NCBI RefSeq assembly: GCF_001194135.2 | Contig: NC_068995.1 | Location: 34,361,123-34,398,498 of the forward strand | Direction: 5' to 3' | DNA length: 37,376 nucleotides | Origin: Octopus bimaculoides | Lineage: Eukaryota | In this document: piece after piece, positions 1-12,045 of the stretch | How positions within the stretch are numbered: position 1 is the first letter of the stretch | Layout: every line of letters begins with the position of its first letter | Notes under the pieces: generated by a model | Told to the model about the DNA's origin: nothing | Databases searched by the model: none | Seen by the model: the letters and a program-made list of their open reading frames with translations, nothing else | Made by a program: the position numbers and the translations under genes

Positions 1-303
1 ATATATCAAGTTGAATGACATAAATCGTGTCGAAATTTTTGCTGTCCAGCTATTCTACATATTTGGAGAATGTGTACATTTCAATTCTAGTGGAATATTC
101 CAGCAAACTTCGTGCACAGGTCATATCGAAAAAGCATGGTTACCTACTGTGAAAGTTCCAAGCTCACGTAATTGACAGATGCTGTTATAAATGATATTTA
201 TGCAACTCTTATCCAGTATAACCAACCTAATTTCAAATGTCTTAGTTATTGGCATTAAGCCTGAAATAAAAGGAAATCCATCATTCTTCACGCATGACCT
301 CAT
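1..303 (-). mobile_element. Possible decayed 3' end of a CR1/L2-type LINE ORF2
   Basis: Minus frame reads ...ELGTFTVGNHAFSI*PVHEVCWNIPLELK (in-frame stop at 121-123), resembling the CR1/L2 C-terminal motif G.RAFS..GP..WN.LP..L. The match is weak. Confidence 0.35.
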
Positions 304-1877
304 TAAAACAATGTTTGACTCCTGCTACTGAGATATAATACGAAATTAGGAAAACTGAATAACGAAAAGATAACAACAGAGGACATATAATAACATAGAA
401 CATGAACGTATGTACAAATATAATCATCATTTAATAGAACATAGGTTAAAATAATGAGCAAAAGCAAACGATTAGGCAATGTAGGACAAGGACATTTAAT
501 TTAATTTAATTCAATCTAAAATTTAGATACATAACGAATCATAAAAATAGTACAAAACAGTAAAGATAGTCTCTGACAGTTGTTTCTAGTCTATCCCAGA
601 TATCCTTCATACCGTGGCTGAAAGATGGTAGGGGTTCACTCCCCTGCTTGCAGTATATATGAGGTGCAGATTGCATTGAAGGTATTCTCTTGAGGTTAAA
701 AACAGCAGTAACGTCGGTTCTTACGGGACAGCCAAGTTTAAGTGCTGATAAAAGTTACTTCTCAGTATAGTTATTGCTTTCATCACTTATTGAAATTTTC
801 TCAACTAGCCAATTTGAATAATTTTTCCTTCTCTTTAATTGCTAAAAACTTTGTTAAAGAAGTTTTGAATTCTGTTGGTTCTGGAATTGCTTGGCATATT
901 TAAACTATCATCACTTTCTCTGATCGTTTCACACTCTCTTCTCTAACAAAATACCGCAGCCAACGTTTTAGAAGATCTATGAGTCCATTTCCTTTAAGGA
1001 TACTAGAATATTTTGAATCTGTGGTCGCATCACGTTACAAATTTATCAACTTATACAAAATTTATACAAAAACAACCACACTAAATATCTCTGCATGGGC
1101 ATACGGACGCTATAAATAACATCCAAATCGCAAACGACACACTACCACATTCAAACAAGTAAAGACACAGGCTGATGTGGTCCTTATGCATTCTGCATAG
1201 AAGAAAGAATGGTTGGTCATGGCTTTTGATCATGGCTTGCAGGATAAAGGTGATAACAACACCATCTAAATTGTATCTCTTTAAATTTACTTATATATAA
1301 TTTGAGGTGGACTAATTGACTTTTGAAATGATGAAATACAGTAATATTCTAGGCTGGGACCAGGAATATCTTCGTTATCGGACCTGTACTTTGTTTAGTT
1401 CCTATACTTACCATTACTACATAACATTTGTTTGGTTCCTTTATTTGCTATTTCTCTAGATATATTTATACTCAAACATTGAAATACAGGACGCATGAAA
1501 GAAAAAGAAAAGTGAAAAAAAAAAGCAAAAAAAAAGAAAAAAAGAAACCGTGATTTTATTCTCTTCAAACATAATCTCTTCAAGGGAATTAAACGATACA
1601 ATTTCTTTTTTCGATCATAAAGCTGCTTTAATACTTTTCTAGAATTCTCAGTGGAAGTCTAAATTTAGTTCATGTCAAATTAACATTTCGCTTGAATATA
1701 ACCTGAAATGAAATAATAGTATCTCTTGAGAAAAATAAAGAAAAGTTCAACTAATAGCAGAGTGAATCGTGAATGTATGGGAATGTATGTTTTTATCTGT
1801 ATATGCATATATATGTGTTTCTGAGTCTGTATGCATAAATACATGCGCATATATATATATAAGAAAGAGAGAAAAAC

Positions 1878-1881
1878 GGAG

Positions 1882-1928
<47 letters not shown>

Positions 1929-1929
1929 G

Positions 1930-1963
<34 letters not shown>

Positions 1964-2010
1964 ACATAGAAAGAGAGAGTGAGAGAGAGAGAGAGAGAGA
2001 GAGGGAGGGG
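1878..2010. repeat. Compound microsatellite (GA)n/(GACA)n/(GT)n/(GA)n
   Basis: Directly visible; it produces the spurious ORFs at 1680-2135, 1769-1969 and 1831-2055. Confidence 0.95.
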
Positions 2011-2488
2011 GATAAACGTTTTTGCTTCAATTTCTTTTGGTTTTTAGCGCTGTAATTGACACTCAGTGTGTTGGAAACAAAACGATCGCATGATTTATCA
2101 GTGACAGACATATGTATACATTTTATTCGATTCAAACTATTTGCTTTAAGCTTTGCCGAGAACTTTTAACTATTTACTAAATCCACAAAACTTTATATCA
2201 CCAGATATGAATCAAATAACATTGTACAAAAATTATCTAGACCCGTCAAAGAAATGTTGATGCATTAAAGAAACAGTTATCTAAATGAATTCCTTTTTCA
2301 GAGTTAACATCAATAGAAATAAGGATAGTCGTGCATTTATTATGGGTCGAATATTACCATAAATTCATTTAAGATTTCAAAATTACGTACGAATACTGTT
2401 ATCATTCATAATATTATTTTGCAGTACTTAGTTATAGATTGAAAGAGAAACCACAATCAAATGCATCATTACAAATCCATTGCACACA

Positions 2489-2532
<44 letters not shown>

Positions 2533-2689
2533 TGTATATACATATAATACATAATATACATACATATATGTAAATATACTTACATTAATACAAATATACA
2601 TACATGCATATATATTCCTCGGAGGGAACTTTCTAGGCGCAATCCCATAGTCATTCGTGGCCGAAGGAGGTCTTTACTTACTTACTTAC

Positions 2690-2722
<33 letters not shown>

Positions 2723-2724
<2 letters not shown>

Positions 2725-2809
2725 TATATAAGTATGAGTATGTTTATGCATACAAAAGAAGTATTTATATATAAGTATGAGTATGTTTATGCATACAAAA
2801 GAAGTATTT
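2723..2809. repeat. 43-bp tandem duplication
   Basis: tatatataagtatgagtatgtttatgcatacaaaagaagtatt occurs twice head-to-tail with period 43. Confidence 0.9.
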
Positions 2810-3505
2810 TTAAAGTATTATAGACTGTTCAGAGATATATTTACCGAGAATCAGCTGAGGATTCATTCCATCGTGTCTCGGGATTTGAACCACGTAAGAT
2901 AAATGCGTGATCAGTCAGTAAATACACAGAGAATAAAATTATGTCTTTAACGCACTAACGATGCCGAATCTAGTTGGTGAAGGCAATCCACCCTTTTATC
3001 AAATACGCTGCAAATCAAAAGTATATCTTCTGGTCTAATATGTTGTAGAAGAGACATATTTTTATGACTATCAAAACGTTTAGTCATCAAATGGTATTTG
3101 CTCTGCGACGCATGTTCGCTCTCATGGCTGCAGATTTCGGTTAATAGACTTTGGTCTTTCACAGAGCTGAAAAGTATTATGCTGGAAACTCCTCCAATCA
3201 TGGCAATTAAGTAGCGATTTTGATTTTCAATTAAGTGACTCCATAGACTCCGATAATATCTAAAACTCTTTAGCTAGACAAGTTTGACAATACAGTCATC
3301 TGTTAAAATATGGTATGGCTTATCATTGATGATCCATGTTACTGTAGGTCTTTCAAGCCCATAGCTAATAAGTTTCCTAATATCTTGTTACAAGGTTGTG
3401 CATCTTTTTTGTCACTAAATCTAAGTGAATGTAGATGCCAACAGTAATAGCATTTAAAAATATTCCCAATGAATTTCGTATAAATTATTTCAATAGCACT
3501 CAGAA

Positions 3506-3688
3506 GTAGGCACAGGGGTGACTATGTAGTAAGTAGTTTACTTCACAACCATATGGTTCCGGGTTCAGTCTCACTGCATGACACACTGAGTAAGTGCCTT
3601 CTGCTATAGCCTCGGGCCGACCAAAGCCTTGTAAGTAGATCTGGTAGACGGAAACTGAAAGAGTCCGTCGTATACACACACACACACG

Positions 3689-3749
<61 letters not shown>
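3506..3749 (+). mobile_element. tRNA-derived SINE, family 2, with (CA)n tail
   Basis: Head ggcacaggggtgactatgtagtaag, B-box-like ggttcagtctc, body ctatagcctcgggccgaccaaagccttgtaagtagatctggtagacggaaactgaaagagtccgtcgta, then (CA)n at 3673-3749. Homologous copies lie at 12928 and 23370. Confidence 0.8.
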
Positions 3750-4251
3750 NNNNNNNNNNNNNNNNNNNNNNNNNNNNNNNNNNNNNNNNNNNNNNNNNNN
3801 NNNNNNNNNNNNNNNNNNNNNNNNNNNNNNNNNNNNNNNNNNNNNNNNNNNNNNNNNNNNNNNNNNNNNNNNNNNNNNNNNNNNNNNNNNNNNNNNNNNN
3901 NNNNNNNNNNNNNNNNNNNNNNNNNNNNNNNNNNNNNNNNNNNNNNNNNNNNNNNNNNNNNNNNNNNNNNNNNNNNNNNNNNNNNNNNNNNNNNNNNNNN
4001 NNNNNNNNNNNNNNNNNNNNNNNNNNNNNNNNNNNNNNNNNNNNNNNNNNNNNNNNNNNNNNNNNNNNNNNNNNNNNNNNNNNNNNNNNNNNNNNNNNNN
4101 NNNNNNNNNNNNNNNNNNNNNNNNNNNNNNNNNNNNNNNNNNNNNNNNNNNNNNNNNNNNNNNNNNNNNNNNNNNNNNNNNNNNNNNNNNNNNNNNNNNN
4201 NNNNNNNNNNNNNNNNNNNNNNNNNNNNNNNNNNNNNNNNNNNNNNNNNNN
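3750..4251. other. Assembly gap (other gaps: 5983-6272, 9780-10091, 12141-12371, 15031-15516, 17520-17756, 18755-19004, 30112-30827)
   Basis: Runs of N. ORFs spanning them in the track are artefacts. Confidence 1.
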
Positions 4252-4351
4252 CTGCTCTGGGTTCCTCCTCATGTGTTCTAACTTCTCATTGGATGATATT
4301 TTGAATAGCAGATCATTATAATAGGGACGGGGGTGTTTTTTAAAAAATATC

Positions 4352-5284
4352 TAAGAGGTGTATTCAGAAGGTATCGGACTTATTTTTCTTCCGTCAAAAC
4401 TAATACCACATGGTTAAAATAATTTGTGATGGATGTGACACCACCTTTCTTGCGCATGCACGCAAATTTTCGCGCCGGTAGGCCACATCACTTCTAGGCT
4501 GTTACGCCTAGAGTACAGACATGTAGTGCGCACTCATCGGATTTTAGTTTTCACGCAATATGTCCGAACGCATCGAGCAGAGATATTGCAGCTAGTTTTG
4601 CTAAAAGCTTGGTAATGATTAAGTTCAAACCCATCTAGAAGATTCTGGTGATGATACCATGTGTAAAACTCAGACCAAGAAGTGACACAATTGCTTCAAA
4701 CATGGCCGCACCTTAGTAGAGAGCTTGGAACGCCCAGGTAGGCCATTCACAAACCGAAACGAGGATCCGGTTGAGAAGGTTTCGGCGAATGGTCATGGAA
4801 GATCGTCGTGTAAGATCGTTGAGTAAGAATACTCACAAAGTGGAAATAAGCGTAAGATTAGTGCATTCCATTTCAACGGACGATTTGTGAATGCAAAGAG
4901 TGTTGGCGAATATACAAGTCGGATACTTTTAAATGCACCTCGTAATCCAAGCTTTTGTGGTCAAGAACATCGCGCCACTTGTTCGACAGTATTCCAACTC
5001 TTCTGACTTGGCAGCGTGTGACTTCTGGATCTTCCCTGAACTGAACCACGCTGAACGGGAAGTGATTTGAGTTGCGAGAGGAAATAATGAGAAAAGTGAC
5101 GTCACAGCTCCATAGCATTCCAGAGAATGTGTTCCAGAAGCGTTATCAGCAGTGGCAGAACCACCGAGAGAAGTGTGTGAACTCCCAAGAAGAATATTCT
5201 GAAGGTTATTAAATAGAATATGTGAAATGTACAAAATTATCTTTTTATGCTCAAAGATCGGATACTTTTTGAACGCGACGCGTA
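4352..5284 (+). mobile_element. Mariner (Tc1/mariner) transposon relic, composite or internally deleted
   Basis: Left TIR 4352-4379 starts with TA. ATG at 4560 gives MSERIEQRYC; later frames give GDDTMCKTQTKK*HNCFKHGRTLVESLERPGRP (HTH region) and VHSISTDDL*MQRVLA. After 4945: IQAFVVKN..SSDLAACDFWIFPEL (decayed YSPDLAPCDFWLFP) ..QQWQNHREKCVNSQEEYSEGY* (stop 5210-5212). Right TIR 5257-5284 ends in TA; an extra right TIR lies at 4918-4944. Confidence 0.9.
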
Positions 5285-5297
5285 TACCCAGGAAGAT

Positions 5298-5520
5298 ATT
5301 TATTTCTTTATTGCCCACAGGGGGCTAAACATAGAAGGGACAAACAAGGACAGACAAAGGGATTAAGTCGATGACATCGACCCCAGTGCGTAACTGGTAC
5401 TTATTTAATCGACCTCGAAGGGATGAAAGGCAAAGTCGACCTTGGCGGAATTTGAACGTAATGGCAGACGAAATACCGCTAAGCATTTCGCCCGGCATGC
5501 TAACGATTCTGCCAGCTCGC
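5298..5520 (-). mobile_element. tRNA-derived SINE, family 1 (tail type A)
   Basis: Reverse complement begins gcgagctggcagaatcgttagc (A-box), then gttcaaattcc (B-box), core gactttgcctttcatccc..tcgattaaataagtaccag and tail ..gccccctgtgggcaataaagaaat. Flanked by gatatt repeats (5295-5300, 5525-5530). Confidence 0.9.
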
Positions 5521-5698
5521 AGGGGATATTGTCATATGAATTAGATAACATAGTCCTGTTTTATTTAATTCTGTATTTCAGCACCTTGAGAGTGCTACTC
5601 GAATGTGTTTATAATTTCCTTCTACAGTTTAAAACTGTCAGGTATTTAAAAATTTACTTTCCTGTTTTGAATCGTGCGGTTTTGTGTAAAAATATATA

Positions 5699-5928
5699 CA
5701 GTAATCCCTCACATACTGCGGTTCACATATCACGGTTCACCTATCATGGTTTATTATTTAAGTTTACGCCGATTCCTCCGTAGTGTTTTTTTTTGCATTT
5801 ATAATAAAATAAATATATACAAATTATAAAAATGAAAAAAAATACACAGTACTGTTTCTACTTCGTGGATTTTCATCTCTCGCGGGGTGCTTTGGAACGT
5901 AACACCCGCGATTGTCGAGGGATTACTG
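5699..5928. mobile_element. Tigger/pogo-like MITE (230 bp)
   Basis: TA then CAGTAATCCCTC (5699-5710) and GAGGGATTACTG (5917-5928): perfect 12-bp TIRs starting CAGT, with a non-coding AT-rich interior. Confidence 0.8.
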
Positions 5929-6281
5929 CATTTTTAACATATGACGAACCCTCAAAAGCGTAAATACATATATACACACACANNNNNNNNNNNNNNNNNN
6001 NNNNNNNNNNNNNNNNNNNNNNNNNNNNNNNNNNNNNNNNNNNNNNNNNNNNNNNNNNNNNNNNNNNNNNNNNNNNNNNNNNNNNNNNNNNNNNNNNNNN
6101 NNNNNNNNNNNNNNNNNNNNNNNNNNNNNNNNNNNNNNNNNNNNNNNNNNNNNNNNNNNNNNNNNNNNNNNNNNNNNNNNNNNNNNNNNNNNNNNNNNNN
6201 NNNNNNNNNNNNNNNNNNNNNNNNNNNNNNNNNNNNNNNNNNNNNNNNNNNNNNNNNNNNNNNNNNNNNNNNAGTATGAAA

Positions 6282-6320
<39 letters not shown>
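6282..6320. repeat. (ATCT)n microsatellite (also at 26616-26670 and about 32740-32852)
   Basis: Directly visible. Confidence 0.95.
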
Positions 6321-6321
<1 letters not shown>

Positions 6322-6430
6322 GTCTACCTGTATTTTTAGACGTACACGCATACGCTTAGGGAGAGACATACTCGCGCATAGATACATGCAGACATACATA
6401 TAATCTAGAGTTTCCACGTGTTACAAAATT

Positions 6431-6503
6431 CGGTTTAAGTCGATGTAATTGATTTAAGCCCTCCTCCCCCGAACTTTCTGGCCTTGTGCCAAAATTTGAA
6501 ACC
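6431..6503 (+). mobile_element. SINE family 1, 3' fragment (tail type C)
   Basis: gtcgatgtaattgattt..ccctcctccccc..tggccttgtgccaaaatttgaaacc matches the tails at about 25760-25815 and 33411-33470. Confidence 0.65.
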
Positions 6504-6886
6504 TTTATTTAGGAGCAAACTCTGATAAAAATAAATCAACGGTTAGTGAAAGGAGATATATGGGAATAGACAAAACTTACATAAAATTATAAGTGAGGGA
6601 AGATCATAGAATCTATATTGGTGGTGGAATTGCGAGAGTATTATTTCTATTGAAATTATTGAGATCTAAAAGAAAATTCAAGAAGTTGACAACTTGTATT
6701 TTTCTATATACGGTTATGCATTTTATTGTGTGTATGTGCATACGTGTGTGCTGCATTTGTGTGTATGAATGTGCGTAGGTATGTATGTGTGTGTGTGTAC
6801 GCTTTAAAAAGTCTTTAGAACTTATGAAGAGTAACACTCATGACTCTTTTCCGAACCTTCTAAAATTGGTGGGAGAATGGGTCAAA

Positions 6887-6944
6887 GTTCTTTCCAGATG
6901 TTCTTTCCAAATGTTCTTTCCAGATGTTCTTTCCAGTTCTTTCC
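6887..6944. repeat. 13-bp minisatellite (gttctttccagat), 3 full and 2 truncated units
   Basis: Directly visible. Confidence 0.9.
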
Positions 6945-7093
6945 GCCTGGTCCAAATGCTTGCAACAATGTTTTGCTCTTAAAATACCCAATCGTCAAAA
7001 CTGGGTGACTGATTAAACTAAGCAAAACTTAACCTCTCTATATATTTAGTGATTGAAACCTCATCTAAGTTAATCAAATACGAGTTTTATAAA

Positions 7094-7096
<3 letters not shown>

Positions 7097-7150
<54 letters not shown>
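7097..7150. repeat. (AG)n microsatellite (similar runs at 12430-12487, 25331-25376, 32224-32272)
   Basis: Directly visible. Confidence 0.95.
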
Positions 7151-7157
<7 letters not shown>

Positions 7158-8608
7158 AGATGAAGAAATAGGATAAACAATATGTGAAAAAGTAACAGAT
7201 AGGAAGTTGTCTTGTTATTACTGATAATAACATTGTTAATATTAAATCAAAAACAAATCAATTAATATATTGTGAATATGGATTTTTAACCAACGTTCTA
7301 GGGTGAACTTCATGCATGACTGGCTTAGCTCTTGAAGGAATCAATACAAAAAATAATGCGAATTACCTAAGATTGAATATAGCAATTCTATACTTTAAAA
7401 CAGAGCTTTACGTAAATATAATAAAAGGAGAATAAAATAAATAAATAAAGATTAAAAAAATAATATCGAAAATCAATAGTCGTTTCTTTCCACCGATATC
7501 TGAAATGTACGAGGTATTCCATCCAAGAAGTTACTCTTTACGTCTTTGATAATACAGTTTATTTTTTTTCCTAAATGAAAAAAAGTCTTACAACAAAAAT
7601 CATTATAACAAGAATAACTCAAAAGCGTAGTTTAATTTCATAAAAACCCACCAAAATCTTGGACATCTTCTATAGAAGTCTATTTGTAACTATTGTCATT
7701 TTTTTTGTTCAGTTTCGAAAACAAAAGACGTTAATTATTACATGGAAATATGAAAATGACCACTATCCTTTCTCACTTACTTGACTATATTTAGACATTG
7801 ATCAGATATTTTATTACAATATAATCAACGAAAGAAATGTAATGGCGATTAATTTATAGCATGAAGAATGTTTTAGTATTACTGTAAAGTTTTTGAATAA
7901 CTTTTTAATAAATTAAATATTGCTATTTCAATATCATTTCTTTTCTAGATATATCGAACACACAGAAAAAAACAACGACAGAAACATTAAGTATAAGAAA
8001 AAAAGTAGACATAATTGTAAATAAAAACATGAAGCTATAAAAAGAAATCAAAGAAGATGAAGAAAATGAGGAGAAAGATAAGGGAAAAAAGATTGATGAG
8101 AAATTTGAGAAGAAGAAATAATAAGCTGATTTTATTTGTGGAGCGTTCATTAAAAAGGAATTTCTCCATAAGATTTGTTTTCGTATAGTTAACTTTACGA
8201 CCTATTTCCTTTGTTGTCACTGATATTTTTGAAACTATATTTCGCCTGCCCGTATTCAATGTTTTTTTATAGTAGCAAGGACGAACCTACTAAATGAAAT
8301 ATTCTTCTCCGGCGAAATGATTTATTGACGCAGTTAAAAGGTGGTCCTTGAAATCTGTACAATTTCTCCTAAGCAGAATACAACTTTTATTTAGAAGATT
8401 TATATAAAATCAAAACAAGAAATATACTTTCGTCTAAGTTTCGGTTTACGTAGAACGACAGCAAGTTACTTGGAACAAAAACTAGATTACTTACTGTTCT
8501 CTTTTGGAGCTACTTATGTACTAATTTCATTTTCTTTTGCGTAAATGTTAGACCCTCTAAGTATGAAAATAAAATTCGTGTTTGTTAGATATAGTATGTA
8601 TGAGTGCT

Positions 8609-8789
8609 ATTTCTTTACTACCCACAAGGGGCTACACACAGAGGGGACAAACAAGGACAGACAAACACGGATTAAGTCGATTATATTGACCCCAGTGCGT
8701 AACTGGTACTTATTTAATCGACCTCGAAAGGATGAAAGGCAAAGTCGACCTCGGCGGAATTTGAACTCAGAACGTAGCGGCAGACGAAA
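8609..8789 (-). mobile_element. SINE family 1 (tail type A), head replaced by a TG/TA microsatellite at 8791-8858
   Basis: Highly similar to 5298-5520: cccacaaggggct..gacaaacaaggacagacaaa..ttaagtcgat..ccccagtgcgtaactggtacttatttaatcgacctcgaaaggatgaaaggcaaagtcgacctcggcggaatttgaactcagaacg. Confidence 0.9.
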
Positions 8790-10474
8790 CACGTATGTGT
8801 GTGTATGTATGTGTATATGTGTGTGTATGTATGTGTATGTGTGTGTGTGTGTGTGTGAGATAAATATTATGGTGAGTCATCATACAATACTTAGTGTGTA
8901 GCAGTATGAAAATATATATAAGTCTATAAAGGATGCCACAAATGCTCAATGTTAGAAAGACGTGTTTAGGAAAATCATGGTTGGAAAATTTCGGCGCAGA
9001 ATGACAAAACTGAGTATGACATATAATGCTAATCTGAGGCTTTGACAGATTATTCAGCCATAGATTTTGGAACGAGTAGACGTGAGTAACTTAGCGACAA
9101 TACTAGGAACATTAGAAGTAAGATGAGGAAAGAGAGTTTGTCCATATCTTTCAATTGAGGTAATTGTAAAAACAATCACAACCAGAAGAGAAATATTCTC
9201 GAGGGGACATGTGCCCACTGTAATTTTATATGGCGTTGAGACCAACATTAAATTAGATTGAATTAAAAGAGAAAATGGTTGTGGTGACGACCAGGAATCT
9301 TTTTTATTATCTTAATTACAAATAACTGGATACCATGTTACCGTGTTGCGTACAGTATACACATTCAGACAGGGATTTGGGTTCAGGAAAAAAAATGCAC
9401 CTTATGGTGTTTTGGCAATATCTGGGTGAAAATACTTTAAACTCTCTGTGAATCAGCACTAAGCTAAATGTGCTGTATTGTCATTGTTTAAGAGCCTTTG
9501 TTCAATGTATTTGCACCATAACTGTACCTAGAGATGTAATGGTGACATAATTCTCTGTATATTCTAACTCTATGTTTATTTATAAATATGTTCTCGCTTT
9601 AGCTATGACTAATCATCCAGAAGCAATGTGATTTACTTCACTATATGCATAGATACTCAAGTTACTTTTGTATTCAGCTATTATATGTTTTTGATAAATT
9701 CTGTGGGGAAGAGTTAGTGCTGCGACAATCAAAAATGTTTGTCTGAGTTTTGCGTCGACCCTTATATATATATATATATNNNNNNNNNNNNNNNNNNNNN
9801 NNNNNNNNNNNNNNNNNNNNNNNNNNNNNNNNNNNNNNNNNNNNNNNNNNNNNNNNNNNNNNNNNNNNNNNNNNNNNNNNNNNNNNNNNNNNNNNNNNNN
9901 NNNNNNNNNNNNNNNNNNNNNNNNNNNNNNNNNNNNNNNNNNNNNNNNNNNNNNNNNNNNNNNNNNNNNNNNNNNNNNNNNNNNNNNNNNNNNNNNNNNN
10001 NNNNNNNNNNNNNNNNNNNNNNNNNNNNNNNNNNNNNNNNNNNNNNNNNNNNNNNNNNNNNNNNNNNNNNNNNNNNNNNNNNNNNNNNNNNATATATATG
10101 TATGTATGTAAATAGAATTTGATTGATAATCGATTACTAAACAAGATTAATGAAACAATATAGAAATTAGGAGCGGAAAAAAAAGAGTATAAGTAGAAAC
10201 ACATGTAAAAATACAACAATGACGAAATTATACGAACAAAAACAAAGATGAACATGGGGATAATGTGGAACGATTGAGTCAACAACGAATGGATGCATAT
10301 GAATAATTTAATTGAAGATTAAGTTGATGTACACAGGAAAACATGTTAAGAGAAAATATGGTACGTTAACTTAGTGAAACCTCAGATTTAAATTTTATAT
10401 ATGACGCTGAAAGTAACGGATAAATCAGTTAACGTATGTACATAAGCCCAAATATCACAGGACGAAGAAATAAT

Positions 10475-10684
10475 ATTCTTTTCTACTCTAGGTACAAAGA
10501 CCAAAATTTTGGGGAAGGAGGCCAGTCGATTAGATCGACTCCAGTATGCAGCTGGTGCTTAATTTATCGACCCCGAAAGGATGAAAGGTAATGTCGACCG
10601 CGGCGGAATTTGAACTCAGAAAGTAACGACAGACGAAATACTGCATAGCATTTCGCCCGGCGTGCTAACGATTCTGCCAGCTCG
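10475..10684 (-). mobile_element. SINE family 1 (tail type B), near full length, with target-site duplication
   Basis: Same head and core as the other copies. A perfect aagaaataat repeat lies at 10465-10474 and 10685-10694 (12 bp if the overlapping cg is counted). Confidence 0.92.
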
Positions 10685-11031
10685 AAGAAATAATGTAAAT
10701 ACTATTAATGGATTTAATTTTCAACACTAATTAAAACTTGTCACTGCAACTTGATACTCAGCGATACAATATTGCGAACCAACGAAACTAAATTCCAATG
10801 AGCACATTGCATGTCTTGAATGTGATATCGTAAATTTACAATCAATCTGAAAGCGAAAGCTGTAATAGAATCTAAATGTCTCTGAAGTTGTATGAATTGT
10901 GGTATAATTGAATATTTAAAGCGTTACAGTTTTCAAATTAGTCACCACAGACCATTATGGAAGATCTATTTGCAAAACAAAGAACAGATAGTAAAAGTTT
11001 TAATAAGATAAATAATACATGTGGGAGAGAC

Positions 11032-11064
<33 letters not shown>

Positions 11065-11291
11065 CACAAATATACACACAGAGGGAGAGAGAAAGCAAGA
11101 GCAAGACAACAGGTAAGAGTCAGGGAAGGATTGGATAATAGAGATAGAAAGACAGTCGCTGTTAGCAGATGGTGAGATATAACGCATTAGAATTTAATCA
11201 TTCTACATAAGCGATATCATTGCAAGAAAGTAGATACACATAAAGATGAAGGAAAATAAACATACATATATACATATATGTGTGTGCGTGT

Positions 11292-11546
11292 GAAGGTGCA
11301 TGGCTTAGTGGTTAGGGTGTTGCACTCACGATTGCGAGATCGTGGGTTCGATTACCAGACCAGGCGTTGCGCTGTGTTCTTGAGCAAAGCACGTCATTTC
11401 ATGTTGCCCTGCGATCATTTCGTCATCTGACATATGGCACACGGTGCACCCTGTACTAGATTTTATGGAGGGAGTGAGCTTATGTTAACACAAACATTTG
11501 ATCACTATGAACAAATCATCTGTATGGTTGTTCGGCAAGAAATTCT
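11292..11546 (+). mobile_element. tRNA-derived SINE, family 3
   Basis: A-box tggcttagtggttag and B-box ggttcgattacc (11345-11356), then gtgttcttgagcaaagcac. The head aligns with that of 31754-32140 but the body differs. The 3' boundary is approximate. Confidence 0.75.
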
Positions 11547-11569
11547 TTTCTTTTATTAACCATTAGGGT

Positions 11570-12045
11570 CTGACATAGAGGGACGATATAAGACATACGG
11601 GTGGGATCATACATACATGGGTGTATACAGTTTTAACAATGGTAAAAGGCTAAAAATTGAAGGTGTAAATATATAAAACAACAGTAGTACCGAAAAGTTG
11701 TGGGGGTATTCTGGGCTGGTCGTGGAAACCCCACAGGCCACAAGTCAACCTGTTCGCTAGGGCAAAGGCCTATGCTCAAGTTAGACCCATTCATTCGAAC
11801 CATTCGTACAACTTTTACCCATCTTTCCTCAAATTTGCATCTCCCTCTCCAGTCTCAGTTTTCTTATTAAGTGGAACTTGAAATAATTGATTAAACCACT
11901 TCCGGAGAGAAAAGTGCCCGTCCTCAAACCTTTCACTCGCGACAGCCACACAACTTCTTTTGCAATAGCCACTAGATAGATGAACGTCCATTATGCAGCT
12001 GAGGAGTACATTTTCATTGCACATCTTATGTGGTGTTCTCACTAC
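11570..12045 (-). mobile_element. L1/Tx1-like LINE 3' fragment (ORF2 C-terminus plus 3' UTR)
   Basis: A minus frame not in the track reads FIYLVAIAKEVVWLSRVKGLRTGTFLSGSGLINYFKFHLIRKLRLEREMQI* (about 11985-11830), typical of Tx1/L1 ORF2 C-termini (recalled similarity). Confidence 0.55.

Noticed and set aside
1680-2135. ORFs with SLSL/THTH/ERER/CVCV/YIYI/YLSI runs here and throughout the track
   Set aside because: They are translations of microsatellites, with no coding evidence.
3604-4272. Long ORFs containing X runs (also 5941, 9674, 12113, 14876, 17399, 18624, 29807 and others)
   Set aside because: They span assembly gaps, where N codons hide stops.
7923-8259. Purine-rich KEIKEDEENEEKDKGKK-like stretch
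   Set aside because: Low-complexity A/G tract with flanking stops and no convincing splice sites.
8985-9260. VPTVILYGVET, resembling the RTE LYGxETW motif
   Set aside because: Single short motif in a stop-rich frame with no other RT motifs in register; at most a very old fragment.
11292-11360. SINE heads as functional tRNA genes (also 31754-31825)
   Set aside because: A/B boxes are present but there is no complete cloverleaf or acceptor stem, and they continue into repeat bodies.
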